NCBI RefSeq assembly: GCF_026210795.1
Contig: NC_089430.1
Location: 310,001-374,000, forward strand
Length of the DNA: 64,000 nucleotides
Direction of reading: 5' to 3'
From: Rhizophagus irregularis
Taxonomy: Eukaryota
How positions within the stretch are numbered: position 1 is the stretch's first letter; each line of letters opens with the position of its first letter. A program made the position numbers and the translations under genes. Shown here piece after piece: positions 51,471 to 64,000 of this stretch. A model generated the notes under the pieces. It searched no databases. It was given only the letters and a program-made list of their open reading frames with translations, and was not told the DNA's origin.

Positions 51471-51570
51471 TAAAACTTGACATTCCACTTTAGAATTACA
51501 CATTTTGTATAATTCATTGTTAAAATCCCCGCATCCGCAACTGTCCTAATATTAACACATTAATTTTTTA

Positions 51571-54268
51571 TCTATATAATCAAAAAATACAATGTGTAAC
51601 CGTAACATTTAGACTAGCATGTATAAATAGTCTGAATTGTGTAACTTGAAATGCCATGCATAATTAAAACCCGTGACATGCCTCCGCCTGATCTAAAAAT
51701 CCATGTGCATTCCTAATCAACTAATCCAATTTCAGAATTTTTTTTACTGATTTATTAATTTTTTTATCCGATTTTTTTTTCCAAATTTTTTTCGGTTCTC
51801 GTTTTTCAAACCGAAAAATTTGTTTTTTTCTCGTTCTTTTCCCGTTTAGGTTTAATTTTTTTCCCAAACTGAAATTATTTTTTTTTTTTAAATAATCCTA
51901 TTGTTTTAGTCTTTTTAAGACTAATTTTTTTATATTATTTCTTTTCGATCTTTTTTTTAGACCGTATTGTTATTTAAAATTTTTTTTTCACTCTTTTTTG
52001 GACTGAATTATTGTCCTTTTTTTCAGTTCAGAATTTTTTCGGTACTTATTTTTTTCAGAAATTTCCCTTTTTTTAAACCGATTTCTTTCTTTTCCTTTTT
52101 CTTTTTCCCCAATTTTTTTTTAAAATTTTTTTTTATTATTAAATAAAGAAATAAAACATATATTAAGTATATTTATAAAATTATTATTTTTTTAAAAAAA
52201 TCAAGTAACATGTACCGTAAGATGATTAAGGTTTTTTTTCAATTAAATTGAACGCTGGATAAATATTTTTGATTTTCAAATTCATAAAAATCAAAAAAAA
52301 AATTGATATTTTGCAATATTTTATAATTAATTACAGTAATTGAAGAAATTGTTAATTTAATAATTAAGAAGATTATTATAACCAAATCCATATCCGAAAT
52401 TCTTTAAATAATCACCGGATTTTTGAATAAAGATTTTAATTCAAATGATTTAGTTAAATTAATAATTTATCAAGTAAAATGAGTATTAAAAGAATAATAA
52501 TAAATGAAATGAACAAATTCTAATACATTTAATTGTTCAAATATTTTTCCTAAGTTAGTTATAAGTTTAAGACTACCGTAATATAAAATAATAAGAAATA
52601 ATTACAAAATTTATAATTAATTTATAAAAATATTTGTAATATTTTCATAATATCAAGGTTTTTTCGAAAATACTTCTAAAAAATTAAACAAATTTTATTG
52701 ATAATTATTTTTTCACAATTTCCTTAATTAATCCAAATTTCATTCTACACTCAAACGTCAAATCATTAATATAAATAGCTACATTAATTGGGAATTGCTA
52801 AAAGTCATTGTCGTCTAGGTTTTTTTTTAAATATTTCACATGATGTACAATATACAAAGAGTAAATTTATTAATCGGCTGACGGCTGATTTTTTTCAACT
52901 TGGCCAATTTTTGATCGGCTAAACTTAAAAATTTTATTGCAAAGATATTTTAAAAGAAAATTTTTTTGTAAACATATTTATTTATCTAATGAAATTTTAT
53001 TTGCAAATATTAAAATTTAAATTACACATTTACGATTTAAAGAAAAAAATCACTGTATTTATTTTTTAATGAAGTGATACAAATAAAAGAAAAGATAAGT
53101 AAATTACAATGATCAAGAAAAAAGATGCTAATAAAAAATTGAAATAACAATGGAGTAATGAAAACTGAAAAGTAATAGAAGATGAAAGGGAGTAAAAAAG
53201 AGTAATGAGAAGGGATAGGAACAAAAAGAGAAATAGGACATGATGGGAGATGAAGAGGAGTGATAGGAAGATGAAGAGGAGTGATGGGAAGATGAAGAGG
53301 AGTGATGGGAAGATGAAGAGGAATAATGAGAAGATGAAGAGGGGTAATAGGAGACGAAAAGGAGTGATGGGAGACAAAAGAAGTGATGGGAAGATGAAGA
53401 GGAGTGATGGAGGTAAAATGGAGTGATGAGAGACAAAAAGAAATGATGGGAAGTAAACAGGAGAGAAAAGGAAATAATGGAAAATGAAAAGATGTAATAG
53501 AAAATAATGGGAGTCGAAAAGAATGAAATAATGAGAAGTAATAGGAGGTGAAAAATGATGAGAGACAAAAAATAAAAAAAAATGATCTTGATAGGAGGTT
53601 GGGTAGCAAAAGATAATGATAGGAAACCAAGTAAAAAATAAACCATAAAGTAAAAAAAATGAAGTTAGTAAAAAACGAAATATAAGATAGAAACAATAAA
53701 TAAAAAATAAACACATACCTTTATTAATTGTAGAATCAAAAAAACTAAAAGATCTAAAAAAAAAGATGAAATAAAATTAGTGAAAAATGAAATATGAAAC
53801 AGAAACATAAAAAAATAAGAAACGAAATGTAAAGTGAAAAACAACTGAACCTTAATTGCAGAATCGGAAGGCTAAAAGACTAAAAATAATGAAATAGAGT
53901 TAGTAAGAAACAAAGTGTAAGAATGTAAGTTAGAAATAAAAAAAAAAGAAAGATATTTCGAGACCAAAAGAACCGTGGAAACGAACCTCGAACCTATAAT
54001 GAAAATGAGTTTCGATAAACTGACGTGATCATGTGGCAAATCTGGCCAATCAAAAATATTAAATCTGCCGCATGATCGACGACCCAGGCGATGTTTACCT
54101 TTAATACATATTATTTTATTAATTTTTGTTAACTAATTATTACCTATATTAAATTCCTAATTATAAAAAAAAAACATCTTTAATTTACTTAGTATTACAT
54201 TATAATACTAAAATTTTCTATTTAAACAAACTCATTGGTCCCGGTGCGGAGCAACGGGTAACTGCTAG
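51571..54268 (+). mobile_element. Non-autonomous Helitron
   Basis: A|TCTATATAAT 5' end; 3' GC hairpin CCCGGTGC-GGA-GCAACGGG followed by CTAG|T. Homologous to 58734-60608 and 60609-62316. Confidence 0.85.
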
Positions 54269-54977
54269 TCCTTTTCTATATTTATATATTGCTAACATGA
54301 TCATAATAATTTTTGAAATATGAAATTTCCGAGCGATTTTTAAACTAAAATATATATTTCTTGTTGACTCATGTATAATACAAAGGGTATGGTCTGTAAT
54401 AATATTTACATCAAAATATTTGTTACTTTTCACACTCAACTTTTAATGTGTGATAATGAGCATTCATTACAATATTTCTGTCTATATAAAATCGTGGCAG
54501 AATACAGTGCTTATTTACACAATTATTGCATTTAAGTTTTTTCGTTATTAAGGGGAAGAAACAAATCAAATACGGGACTAGATTTTTTATTTTAGCGTTT
54601 GTTCAAAGTTAATCATTTCCATTATGTTATTCTATATTTAACAAAAAAAAAATATGAAAATTGCGTAGCAATTTATTACATAAATTATTCATGCATCAAT
54701 CGGAATTTTGAGGATATTCTTTATAAACATAGTTCTATTTTTTTTTTATATTTTAATATAAAGCAGTCATATAGTCTTTTATTCAATATATCATTTCATA
54801 TTACACTATTTTTAGTGAAAGAACAATGGTTACATACGTAATATTGCATCAGGAAATTTTTAGGCTCAAACTTTATGTACATAATTTAGGAGGTCATTCA
54901 ATAAAGAGAAATGATAAAGAGCACCAAGCAGGGGCAATTAGATTATTAGAAAATTCCGTGATAAAAAAATTTTTTTT

Positions 54978-55110
54978 GTCTTCCACTACACCAATGTCGG
55001 TAGGCGTCGTGTCTTCCGCTACACCAATGTCGGTAAGCGTCGTGTCTTCCGCTACACCAATGTCGGTAAGCGTCGTGTCTTCCGCTACACCAATGTCGGT
55101 AGGCGTCGTG
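54978..55110. repeat. 33-bp tandem repeat x4 within a dispersed repeat (related single-unit copy at ~45900-46350)
   Basis: Unit GTCTTCCGCTACACCAATGTCGGTA(A/G)GCGTCGT. The flank AAAGAGAAATGATAAAGAGCAC also occurs at ~46041. Confidence 0.9.
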
Positions 55111-58100
55111 TATAACGGATCAATTCTATGAAGAAATTGTTTTTTCCATACAAAATAATGAAAAAAACTTCCAAAGAGATTGTAGAAATAATTCAAAATT
55201 TTCCATAAAGAAATTCTTTGTCCAACATGAATAAATTATAAATAATTAAAACTTCTTGTGTAAAAAAGTAAAAAATTTTTTGCAATTCTTATCAAAAAAG
55301 TTTTTTTATTAACAATGAATGGTCATAAGAACTGGTCATTAGCGCCATATCATAGTATCATACCAATATTAAGCACATAACAACGTAATGATTTCATTAG
55401 AAATCTAAGTATATTTTGACCCAGCAAACGATTAAACGATTTAATTTTTTTTATTGAATAAAATCATATTTGTTACAATTTACTATAATCATTTAGTTTT
55501 TAGGAATTGTTTTTTAATCTAAATTTGTAGTGTAGCGATGCTACAATCGATTTATTTTTTTTAAATTCTTTTTTGTGGGCAAAATATACTTCGTCATATT
55601 TATAATAAATTCTGTAATTCATGACTATGATTTTTAAATCTAAATTTGTAGTGTAGCAATAAAGTCGTTATACTACAAACGATTTAATTTTTTTAAATTC
55701 TTTTAATGGACAAAATCGTATTACATTCTTTAATTTCGTAAAGAAATCACTTAAATTTTTTATTAAATACGTATTATTTAATTTTCATTTTTTTTTCAAA
55801 ATATTTCGTCATATTATTACTTCATTTGTTACATATGCTTATACTTCGCAACCCTTTTGTTCTTCAATCACTTTTTAGGATAAGTTAGTCTTAAATTTTA
55901 TTTGGCTCATTTATTTATTTGCTTTTATTTTTATTTTTATTAATTAATAAATTACAATATTAACTACAAGTCTTGAACAGAATTTTAACATATGAGAAAC
56001 TTTTAAGTGAGAAATGAGTGTGACGCTGGTTTTCGATTTTTTTAAATTATTTCTATTTTTATAAAATATTCAACAGTTCATTAGGTTCGAATTGAAAAGG
56101 TAGGTTTTAGGATTTTTCGTGAGATTACCTTTTTTTTTATTACTTATTTTTGGGAATGAAGAAATGGCGCTATTGTTAAGATAATGTACATTGACTTTAT
56201 TTTTTTGAAATATTATCTAATAAAAGGGTTATTTTAATACGGAAAACTATTATATTTTACAATGTATAAATAAAAAAAAAGTTTGGTTATTTTTCATTCT
56301 CAATAATATTTGCGTTAACTATGCAAAATAAAGAAACATTTTCAAACCATTTAGAATTGTTTTAACGAGATCAAATTTTAATGGACCATGTCAAATTGTC
56401 AGAATTACCATAGAAGTTTGAATCAATAATATTACTGATATTTTTCCTTAAAATTATTTACAGAATCCATGTTTGAACGATTATTTTGAGTTCACGCTTA
56501 AAATAAATGTTCGGATTTTTAAACCTATAAAAAATATGATATTGTATTAGTATGCAATAATTATAAATAAAACCCATACTAATTAGCATAAATAACATAG
56601 TCAACACAAAATCATCATGCAACATTCATCCGAGTTCAATGATATTTGTTGTAAAAATTGTTTTTAAAATATTTTATATTATTAGTATGATTGATTGAAC
56701 TTTATAAAGTTTCACTTTAAATTATTGACTAAAAATGAAAAAATTGTCTATTCATAAATGAGTAAATGAGTAAATGAAGAAATATAATAAATGATTTAAT
56801 TTTAATAAAAACGAACATCGTGTTACATATTAGGAACACAAATTATAGTTCAGGATACATGTGACTGAAATGGTAAATTAAACAAAGCAAAGGTGTTACG
56901 TAATTCGGGAAATCATTCAAAAAAGGAAATTGTTGAAAGTGATGCTTATCATCAAAAATTTTAACGCCCATCTCTACAAAAAAAAAATTTATTTATTTTT
57001 TTTTTTTGCCTTTTACTAAAAGGTCTAAAAATTCGGTTTATTTACTGCTACACCAGTGGCTGCATGCAGTAATTGCAGCATGATTATTCTATGAAGAATT
57101 TAGCTTAGAAATTTTTTCTACACAGAAATTCTTGGTATAAAATGAATAAAGTATAAATAATTAAAAAAAAATAACTTCTTATTAAAAAAACTTTTTATAA
57201 TTTCTTTACAAAACATGCACCTCTTGTCAATTTTATTGTTAATAATTTTCTTACAACATAAATCTTTCGTCAATTTCTTCTCAAAATATGTACCTACAAC
57301 ACACAGAAACAATTATCAGAATAATAAACAATCGACAAATTTGTGGCGTAGCGATAAGTCGTTATACCACAAACGATTTGACTTAGAATTGTTTTAATGG
57401 ACGATATCATATTCGTTCCACCTTACATTCATTAATTTATCGTTAAATGATTGCAAAGAAGAAAATAATGTCACATTAAAATTTCGATATACTCGATTAA
57501 ATACAGTACATATTTAATTTTCGAAGCGAAATACACTTTTTTTTTATATAACTATACTTTATTATGACTTCATATTATTTAATTAGTCAAATGTAAGATA
57601 TTAGCATAACCAATCAAATTACAATATTAGATCACATGACTATTAATTAAGATTTTTTACTAGGGTCAAATTATTGTAAATAACGTCAAGAATAGGGATT
57701 AAAATTTGTTACTCAATGAGTAACTTATTTATTTTATTTTTTATTTATGTAATTTTTTTTAAACAACAAAATATATCATTAACGTTCTATTTTATTTTAT
57801 CGACAAATTGAGTAGCGATAAAGTCGTTATACTATAAATCGATTAATTAAGAAATTTGTTACTCAATGATTAACTTATTTATTTTATTTTTTTATTTATG
57901 TAATTTTTTTTAAACGTATCGGTATTACATATGTAATAATAATGTAATAATAAATTACGCTATAATATTTTTTTTTTAATAATCTATATCTATCTATATA
58001 TCTATATAATTAAAAAAATTGTGTTTGTGTGACTAACGTTTAGATTAGCCTATATAAATAATTTTTGAATTGTCCAATGTGTTATTCATCTGCGCCTCTG

Positions 58101-58733
58101 CACCTGACCTATTACGTTCTGATCGATATATACAATGTTAATTACTAATGTTGTGTAACATTTAATATGATCTATTAATGTGTTCGCACCTGATCTATGC
58201 TTAATAGTTAAGACCACTTGATCGGCAAATTCATTCTAACTGCTAATTACTAATGTACGTGAGAATTAATTTTATTCTCGGTAATCACCCTTTCACTAAT
58301 ACTTATAAATGATAGGTAATTAACTTTTATAGGAATAGCAATAGATCAGTATAATCTATATTCTATATAATAAATAAATAAATTTTAATATAGAAAAATA
58401 AATTTTTTTATAATAATGGATCGGTAACTGACATTTTTCTAATACTGATAAGCAATAAGTAATTAACTATCTTTAGCAATAATGATAGATCCCTATAACA
58501 GGTGTTTTTTTTTTTGAGATGTATTTTTCAATTATATAGATTAATATGGATTTTTTTAACAATAGAACATTATGATGGTATTTTTGTTTTTATATCAATA
58601 AATTATTTAAAATTACCTTTATAATGTATTTGTAAACACATAAATAAATAATAAATTCTACAATACTACAACATCTCCTTCGTGTAATAATAAGATTTGC
58701 ATCAAATTTCCATCTATATAACACATCTACTTA

Positions 58734-60608
58734 TCTATATAACTAAAAAAATTTGTCTGACGTATGGATTTGTATAATTTGAATTGTGTAACTTGAAATC
58801 CCATGCCATGTAATTAAAACCGTGACATGCCTCCACCTGATCTATTTATGGTCGATTCCAATCAACTAATCCAATTTCAGTTAATTAAATTTTACCTTAG
58901 TCGGAATTTTTTTTTTGATTATTAATTTTTTTTGGTTCTTTTTTTTTAATTTTTCAAACCGAAAAAAATTTTTCTCCCTTTTCTTTCAGTTTTTATTAAA
59001 TAATCCCCATTGTTTTGGTTTTTTAAGACCAATTTATTTTATTTTATTTTTTTTTGATCTTTTTTTTTTAGACCGTATTGTTATTTTTTTTAAAAAAAAA
59101 TTTTTTTTTCACTCTTTTGGATCGGATTATTGTCCTTTTTTTTCAGGAATTTTTTTCGTACTTATTTTTTTTTCGGATTCCTTTTTTTTCGGAAATTTCC
59201 CTTTTTTTAAACTGATTTCTTTCTTTTTCTTTCAATTTTTTATTATTATTAAATAAAAAATAAAATATTATATTAAATATATTTACAAAATTATTATTTT
59301 TTTAAAAAAAAATCAACATAACATATCAGATATAGGAAAATTGACCAACGTTGATAGAAAGATGTGTAAGATTTTTTTAATTAAATTGAACGCTGGATAA
59401 ATAGTTTGATTTTTCAAATTCATAAAAATCAATCAATTAATTTAATTAATTATTAAATATGTAAAAATATCAATTTTTTTTTTTGAAGAAATTGTTGATT
59501 AATATTAGATTATTATAACCAAATCCATATCCGAAATTATTTAAATAACTACCAGATTTTTGAATAAAGATTTTAATTCTGGTTTAGTTAAATTAAGTAC
59601 CAAAAGAATAATAATAAATGAAATGAATAGATTCTATAAATACATTTAATTATTCAAATATTTTTTTAAGTTGGTTATAAGTTTAAGATTGACGTAATAT
59701 AAAATAAGAAATAATTATGAAGTTTATAATTAATAAAAAAATGAGGGTGAATGAAAAAATAAGGAGAGTAAAAGGGAATAAAAGAAACGAAGGGGAGTAA
59801 GGGAGAAACGAAATGGAGGAAAGGGGAAGTGAAAGAAACAAAAGGAACGAAAAAGATCAAGTGGGAATGAAAAAAATGAAAAGAATGGAGGGGGACGAAA
59901 TGGAGCAAAGGGAATAAAAAAATGAAAGAAACGAAGGGTAGTGTAAAGAGAAGTGGGAATGGAAAAAAAATGAAAATGACAAAGGATAGTGTAAAGGAAC
60001 GAAAAAGATGAAGTGAGAATGGAATAAAAATGAAAGGAACGAAGGGTAGTGTAAAGGAATGAAAAAGATGAAGGAACGAAGAGGAAATAAAAAACAATGG
60101 AAAAAATGAAGGAAAGGAAGAATAAAAAGAGCAAAAGAGATGAAGAGACAAAAAGAAAACAAAAAAATGGAGAAGGGACAAAATGAGATAAACAGGGGGA
60201 CCAAGTAAAAACAAAACCCATAAAACTAAAAGAAAAATAAAGTTAGTAGGGAACGGAAATTACATGTAATAAATAAACAAAAACAAAAAGAAATAAAAAA
60301 CATACCTTAGTAGTTACAAAGAAGAACCGAAAGAATTCAAAATATAAAATAATTAGCTCATTAATTAGCCAATAAAATTTAATGTACAAATTAATAATGA
60401 GGTCATATCACCGGGTAAATTATATTGGTTCAATCACCCTAGGTGAAAAATTATTAAATCGCAAACGTCAAATCATTAATATAAGCTATATTTAAAAACA
60501 AAAAACTACTATAACCATCTTTAATTTATTTAGTATTACATTATAATACTAATTTTTCTATTTAAACAAACTCACTGGTCCCGGTGCGAAGCAACGGGCT
60601 GCTGCTAG
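58734..60608 (+). mobile_element. Non-autonomous Helitron (inner copy)
   Basis: A|TCTATATAAC 5' end; 3' hairpin CCCGGTGCGAAGCAACGGG plus CTAG|T. Its 5' kb aligns by eye with 51630-52620. Confidence 0.85.
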
Positions 60609-61099
60609 TTTATAATAAAAAAATACATGTCGATCTTCTAACGTTTAGATTAAGTCTGTATAAATAATCTTGAATTGTGTAGCATGATTCAGTGCCTGAT
60701 AAGTTAAGGCCATTTATTTGATCGGCAAACGTATAGATTTTTTTAACTTAGCTAATTTTTGATTGGTTAAACAAAATTTTATTGCGAAGATATTTTTTAA
60801 AAAATTTTTTTTGCAAACATATTTATTCAAAATAATCTTATTAAATGAAATTTTTTAAAATTTAAATTCCACATTTTCGATTTTAAAGAAAAAAATCACT
60901 GTATTTATTTTTAATGAAGTGATACAATAAAAAAAACAATAACAATAAATAAAAAAAATAAGTAAATGACAATGATCAAGGAGAAAGATGCTAATAAAAA
61001 AAATGAAATAACAATGGAGTAATGGAAAGTAATAGAAGAAGAAAGGGAGTAAAAAAGAGTAATGAGAAGTGATAGGAAACAAAAAGGAAAAATAGGACA

Positions 61100-61780
61100 T
61101 GATGGATGATGAAAAAGAGTAATGGGAGACGAAAAGGAGTGATGGGAAGATGAAGAAGAGTGATGGGAGACGAAAAGGAGTGATGGGAAGATGAAGAGGA
61201 GTTATGGGAGACGAAAAGGAGTGATTGTAGACGAAGAGGAGTGAAAAGGAGTGATAAGAGACGAAGAGGAGTGATGGAAGACGAAAAGGAGTGATGGGAG
61301 ACGAAGAGGAGTGATGGGTGATGGAAAGGAGTGATGGATGACGAAGAGGAGTAATGGGAGACAAAAAGGAGTGATTAGAAACAAAATGAGTGATGGGTGA
61401 CGAAAAGAAGTGATGGGAGATGAAAAGAAGTGATGGAAGACGAAAAGGAGTGATGAGGGACGAAGAGGAGTGATGGGTGATGGAAAGGAGTGATGGATGA
61501 CGAAGAGGAGTAATGGGAGACAAAAAGGAGTGATTAGAGACAAAATGGAGTGATGAGGGACGAAGAGGAGTGATGGGTGACGAAAAGGAGTGATGGGTGA
61601 CGAAAAAAAGTGATAGAAGACAAAAGAAGTAATGGGAGACAAAAAGGAGTGATGGGAGACGAAAAGAAGTGATGGAAGACAAAGAGGAATGATGAAAGAT
61701 AAAAAGGAGTGATGAGAGACGAAAAGAAGTAATGGAAATGAAAAGAAGTGATTGAGAGACAAAAGAAATGATGGGAAGTA
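61100..61780. repeat. ~21-bp purine-rich minisatellite (GGAGTGATGGGAGACGAAAA) inside the Helitron; shorter version at 53240-53450
   Basis: Directly visible tandem units. They account for the overlapping low-complexity ORFs. Confidence 0.9.
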
Positions 61781-64000
61781 AATAGGAGAGAAAATGAAAT
61801 AATGGAAAATGAAGATGTAATAGAAATAATGGGAGACAAATAATGAGAAGTAGTATAAAGTAAAAATGATGAGAGACAAAAATAAAAAGTGATCATGAGG
61901 AAACAAAGTAAAAAATAAACCATAAAGTAAACAAAAAATGAAGTTAGTAAGAAATGAAATATAAGATAAAAACGAAATAAAAAAAAATAAAAAAAAATAA
62001 AAAAAATACCTTTATTAATTGTAGAACTGAAAGAACTAAAATATCTGAAAAAAAATAAAATAAATTAGTGAAAAACGAAATATGAAACAGAAACAAAATA
62101 AAAAATAAAAAAATGAGTAAGAAACGAAATGTAAAGTGAAAAACAACTGAACCTTACTGGAAGAACTAAATGACCTAAAAATAATGAAATAGAATTAAAT
62201 ATGTAAATTATATAAATTATATAAATTTATTAGTCTAACCTTACCATATTGTAAATATTTATTATCAAAATACTAAGAAGTTTTATCCCCGGCGCAGCGC
62301 GACGGGTTACACCTAGTAAATCATATAAAGATTTTTCTTGTTACAAGATTTACCAAAATAACTCTTGGTTGTACCCATAACTTCACACATCTTTTGACAG
62401 GAAAAGAATAAAACAAATATCACATGGGTATAAAAACTTAAAATTTGTATAAAGAACAACCATCATTTTTTAATTTGATTGTATTACAATAAAGCTGTAA
62501 ATACGCCTTTAAAAATTAATAAATTGTATCGTAAATTGTTAAATAGTAACGTTGTACTATTATCTTACAGAAAAAATTACTGCGTATGTACAGTAAAAGT
62601 TAAAAGACCATAATAAAATGTTACCATAAATCACTTGACGTATTGCATAAATTAATATTGATAGAAATTAAGGACAAGAAAGAATTTTTGCTTTTTTGTA
62701 AGGAATTCTATAAAAGAATTTTGTTTATTTTATTTTTTTTTATTTGAGATGCGGGTTTTTTCTATTAAATTCCGTGAATATGTCACATATATATGAGGAT
62801 CAAATTACGGAATACTTTGTTATTTGGAATTACCAGAATGGCGGAATAATTTTCTCTTCTATTAAGAAAATTTTCGTTTTTCCAAATAGTAATGCGGACA
62901 TTAACTCATTTTTCGACGCTTGATATCTAGTTTGTTTTATTATAAACAAAGTTCCTATATTGTAAAATATGATATAGCCTTAGTATATCACAAAAATTCT
63001 TTTCTTTATTTATTGATTAAATCCATGTATAATCGTATAATTGCCGAGTCAGTCAATCCGCGGATTTTGAAAAACAATACGATACTACTAAATGAGAAAT
63101 TGACCCCAAAAAAAAAAAAAAAATCCCAAAAGACAAAATCACAAACTTTACTTCTTCACTTCCAAAAAAAAACTTTGTAAAAAGAAAACAATCAAATCAA
63201 TATTTTTATACCGTAATCTTATTTAAAATTACAATAAAAAAAAGTCATGAAAAACTTCAATGAAATAGGCTTAAATTTTTTTTTGATTAGTATTTTTTTT
63301 CCATTAATTTCTATATAGATTGAAATTATGACCAATAACCTTCTTAATATTCTGTCATCAAATTCCTTTAATTTAGGATTTAGGATTTTGCTGAATTTAT
63401 AAACTTTTCATAAATTAGCAGTATTAAATTTGCCCAGTATAAATATCGACAAGGTCTCATCAAAAAAGATCGACTATAATAGTACCGAGAAAATCATTAC
63501 GGTAGTGTTACCTATTACAGTTCACCTGAGTGTTACAAAATTTATGTACAACCGTGTGACATCCAAAATTAGGCTTATAATGACTTATTTACTCCGTAAA
63601 TCCGGAAAAAATTTTCTTTCCTTCCTAAATTTTCAAGATGACTTTACCTTATTTAACAGATGATTGTATCTTTTACATTTTACAACATCTCAAAAATAAT
63701 CATTCAACTTTATTTAATTGTTTATTAGTTAATCGATTTTGGTGTAAATCAACGATTCCTTTACTTTATGCAAACCCTTTTATGAATATAACTAAAAAAA
63801 ATTACTCGATAATCATGACCTTAATTTTTTGCTTTAATAAAGAAGAAATTTTACAATTGAAGAATAAACTAGAACAAAACCATATTAATAATATTAATTT
63901 GGATGAAGAATACAAACCATTATTTGAATATACGAAATATTTGGAAAACTATAATTATTTTACAATAGATAACATAATAAATGGATATTGTTTGGGTTTA

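Larger units (their letters stand above)
58001..62316 (+). mobile_element. Compound/nested non-autonomous Helitron block
   Basis: 5' A|TCTATATAAT at 58001; 3' hairpin CCCGGCGCAGCGCGACGGG plus CTAG|T at 62313-62316. Confidence 0.75.

Noticed and set aside
53037..53716. Three overlapping Phe/Ser/Leu-rich ORFs (also 59675-60221 and 60855-61923)
   Set aside because: Open in all three frames because of pyrimidine-rich minisatellites inside Helitrons; not credible proteins.
54826..55196. ORFs with 11-aa repeats, or a CRISPR-like 33-bp repeat
   Set aside because: Plain tandem repeat without spacers; the ORFs on both strands are by-products of a repeat length divisible by 3.

Overview
This is very AT-rich eukaryotic DNA with many short GT-AG introns. 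The expanded tyrosine-kinase-like (TKL) kinases, the Crinkler-type NTPase/REase gene and the heavy MITE/Helitron load point to an arbuscular mycorrhizal fungus (Glomeromycotina, Rhizophagus-like); this is an inference. The window holds two apparently intact kinase genes, three kinase pseudogenes, a deaminase-fold pseudogene, a HAD pseudogene, an NTPase-REase gene, a 9-exon Cys-rich gene that the ORF track shows only in pieces, and many nested transposons. The main discovery is at 21.5-24.4 kb. What looks like an AT-rich satellite reads on the minus strand as a tandem array of canonical introns separating 31 micro-exons (29 x 3 nt, 1 x 6 nt, 1 x 1 nt). Spliced together they give a stop-free, in-frame N-terminus for a pseudokinase-kinase protein. 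Second, a 3.15-kb insertion with a 14-bp target-site duplication (TSD) and an A-rich tail carries one intronless 828-aa ORF with no reverse transcriptase, suggesting a protein-coding non-autonomous retroposon. All gene models were read by eye and need RNA confirmation.
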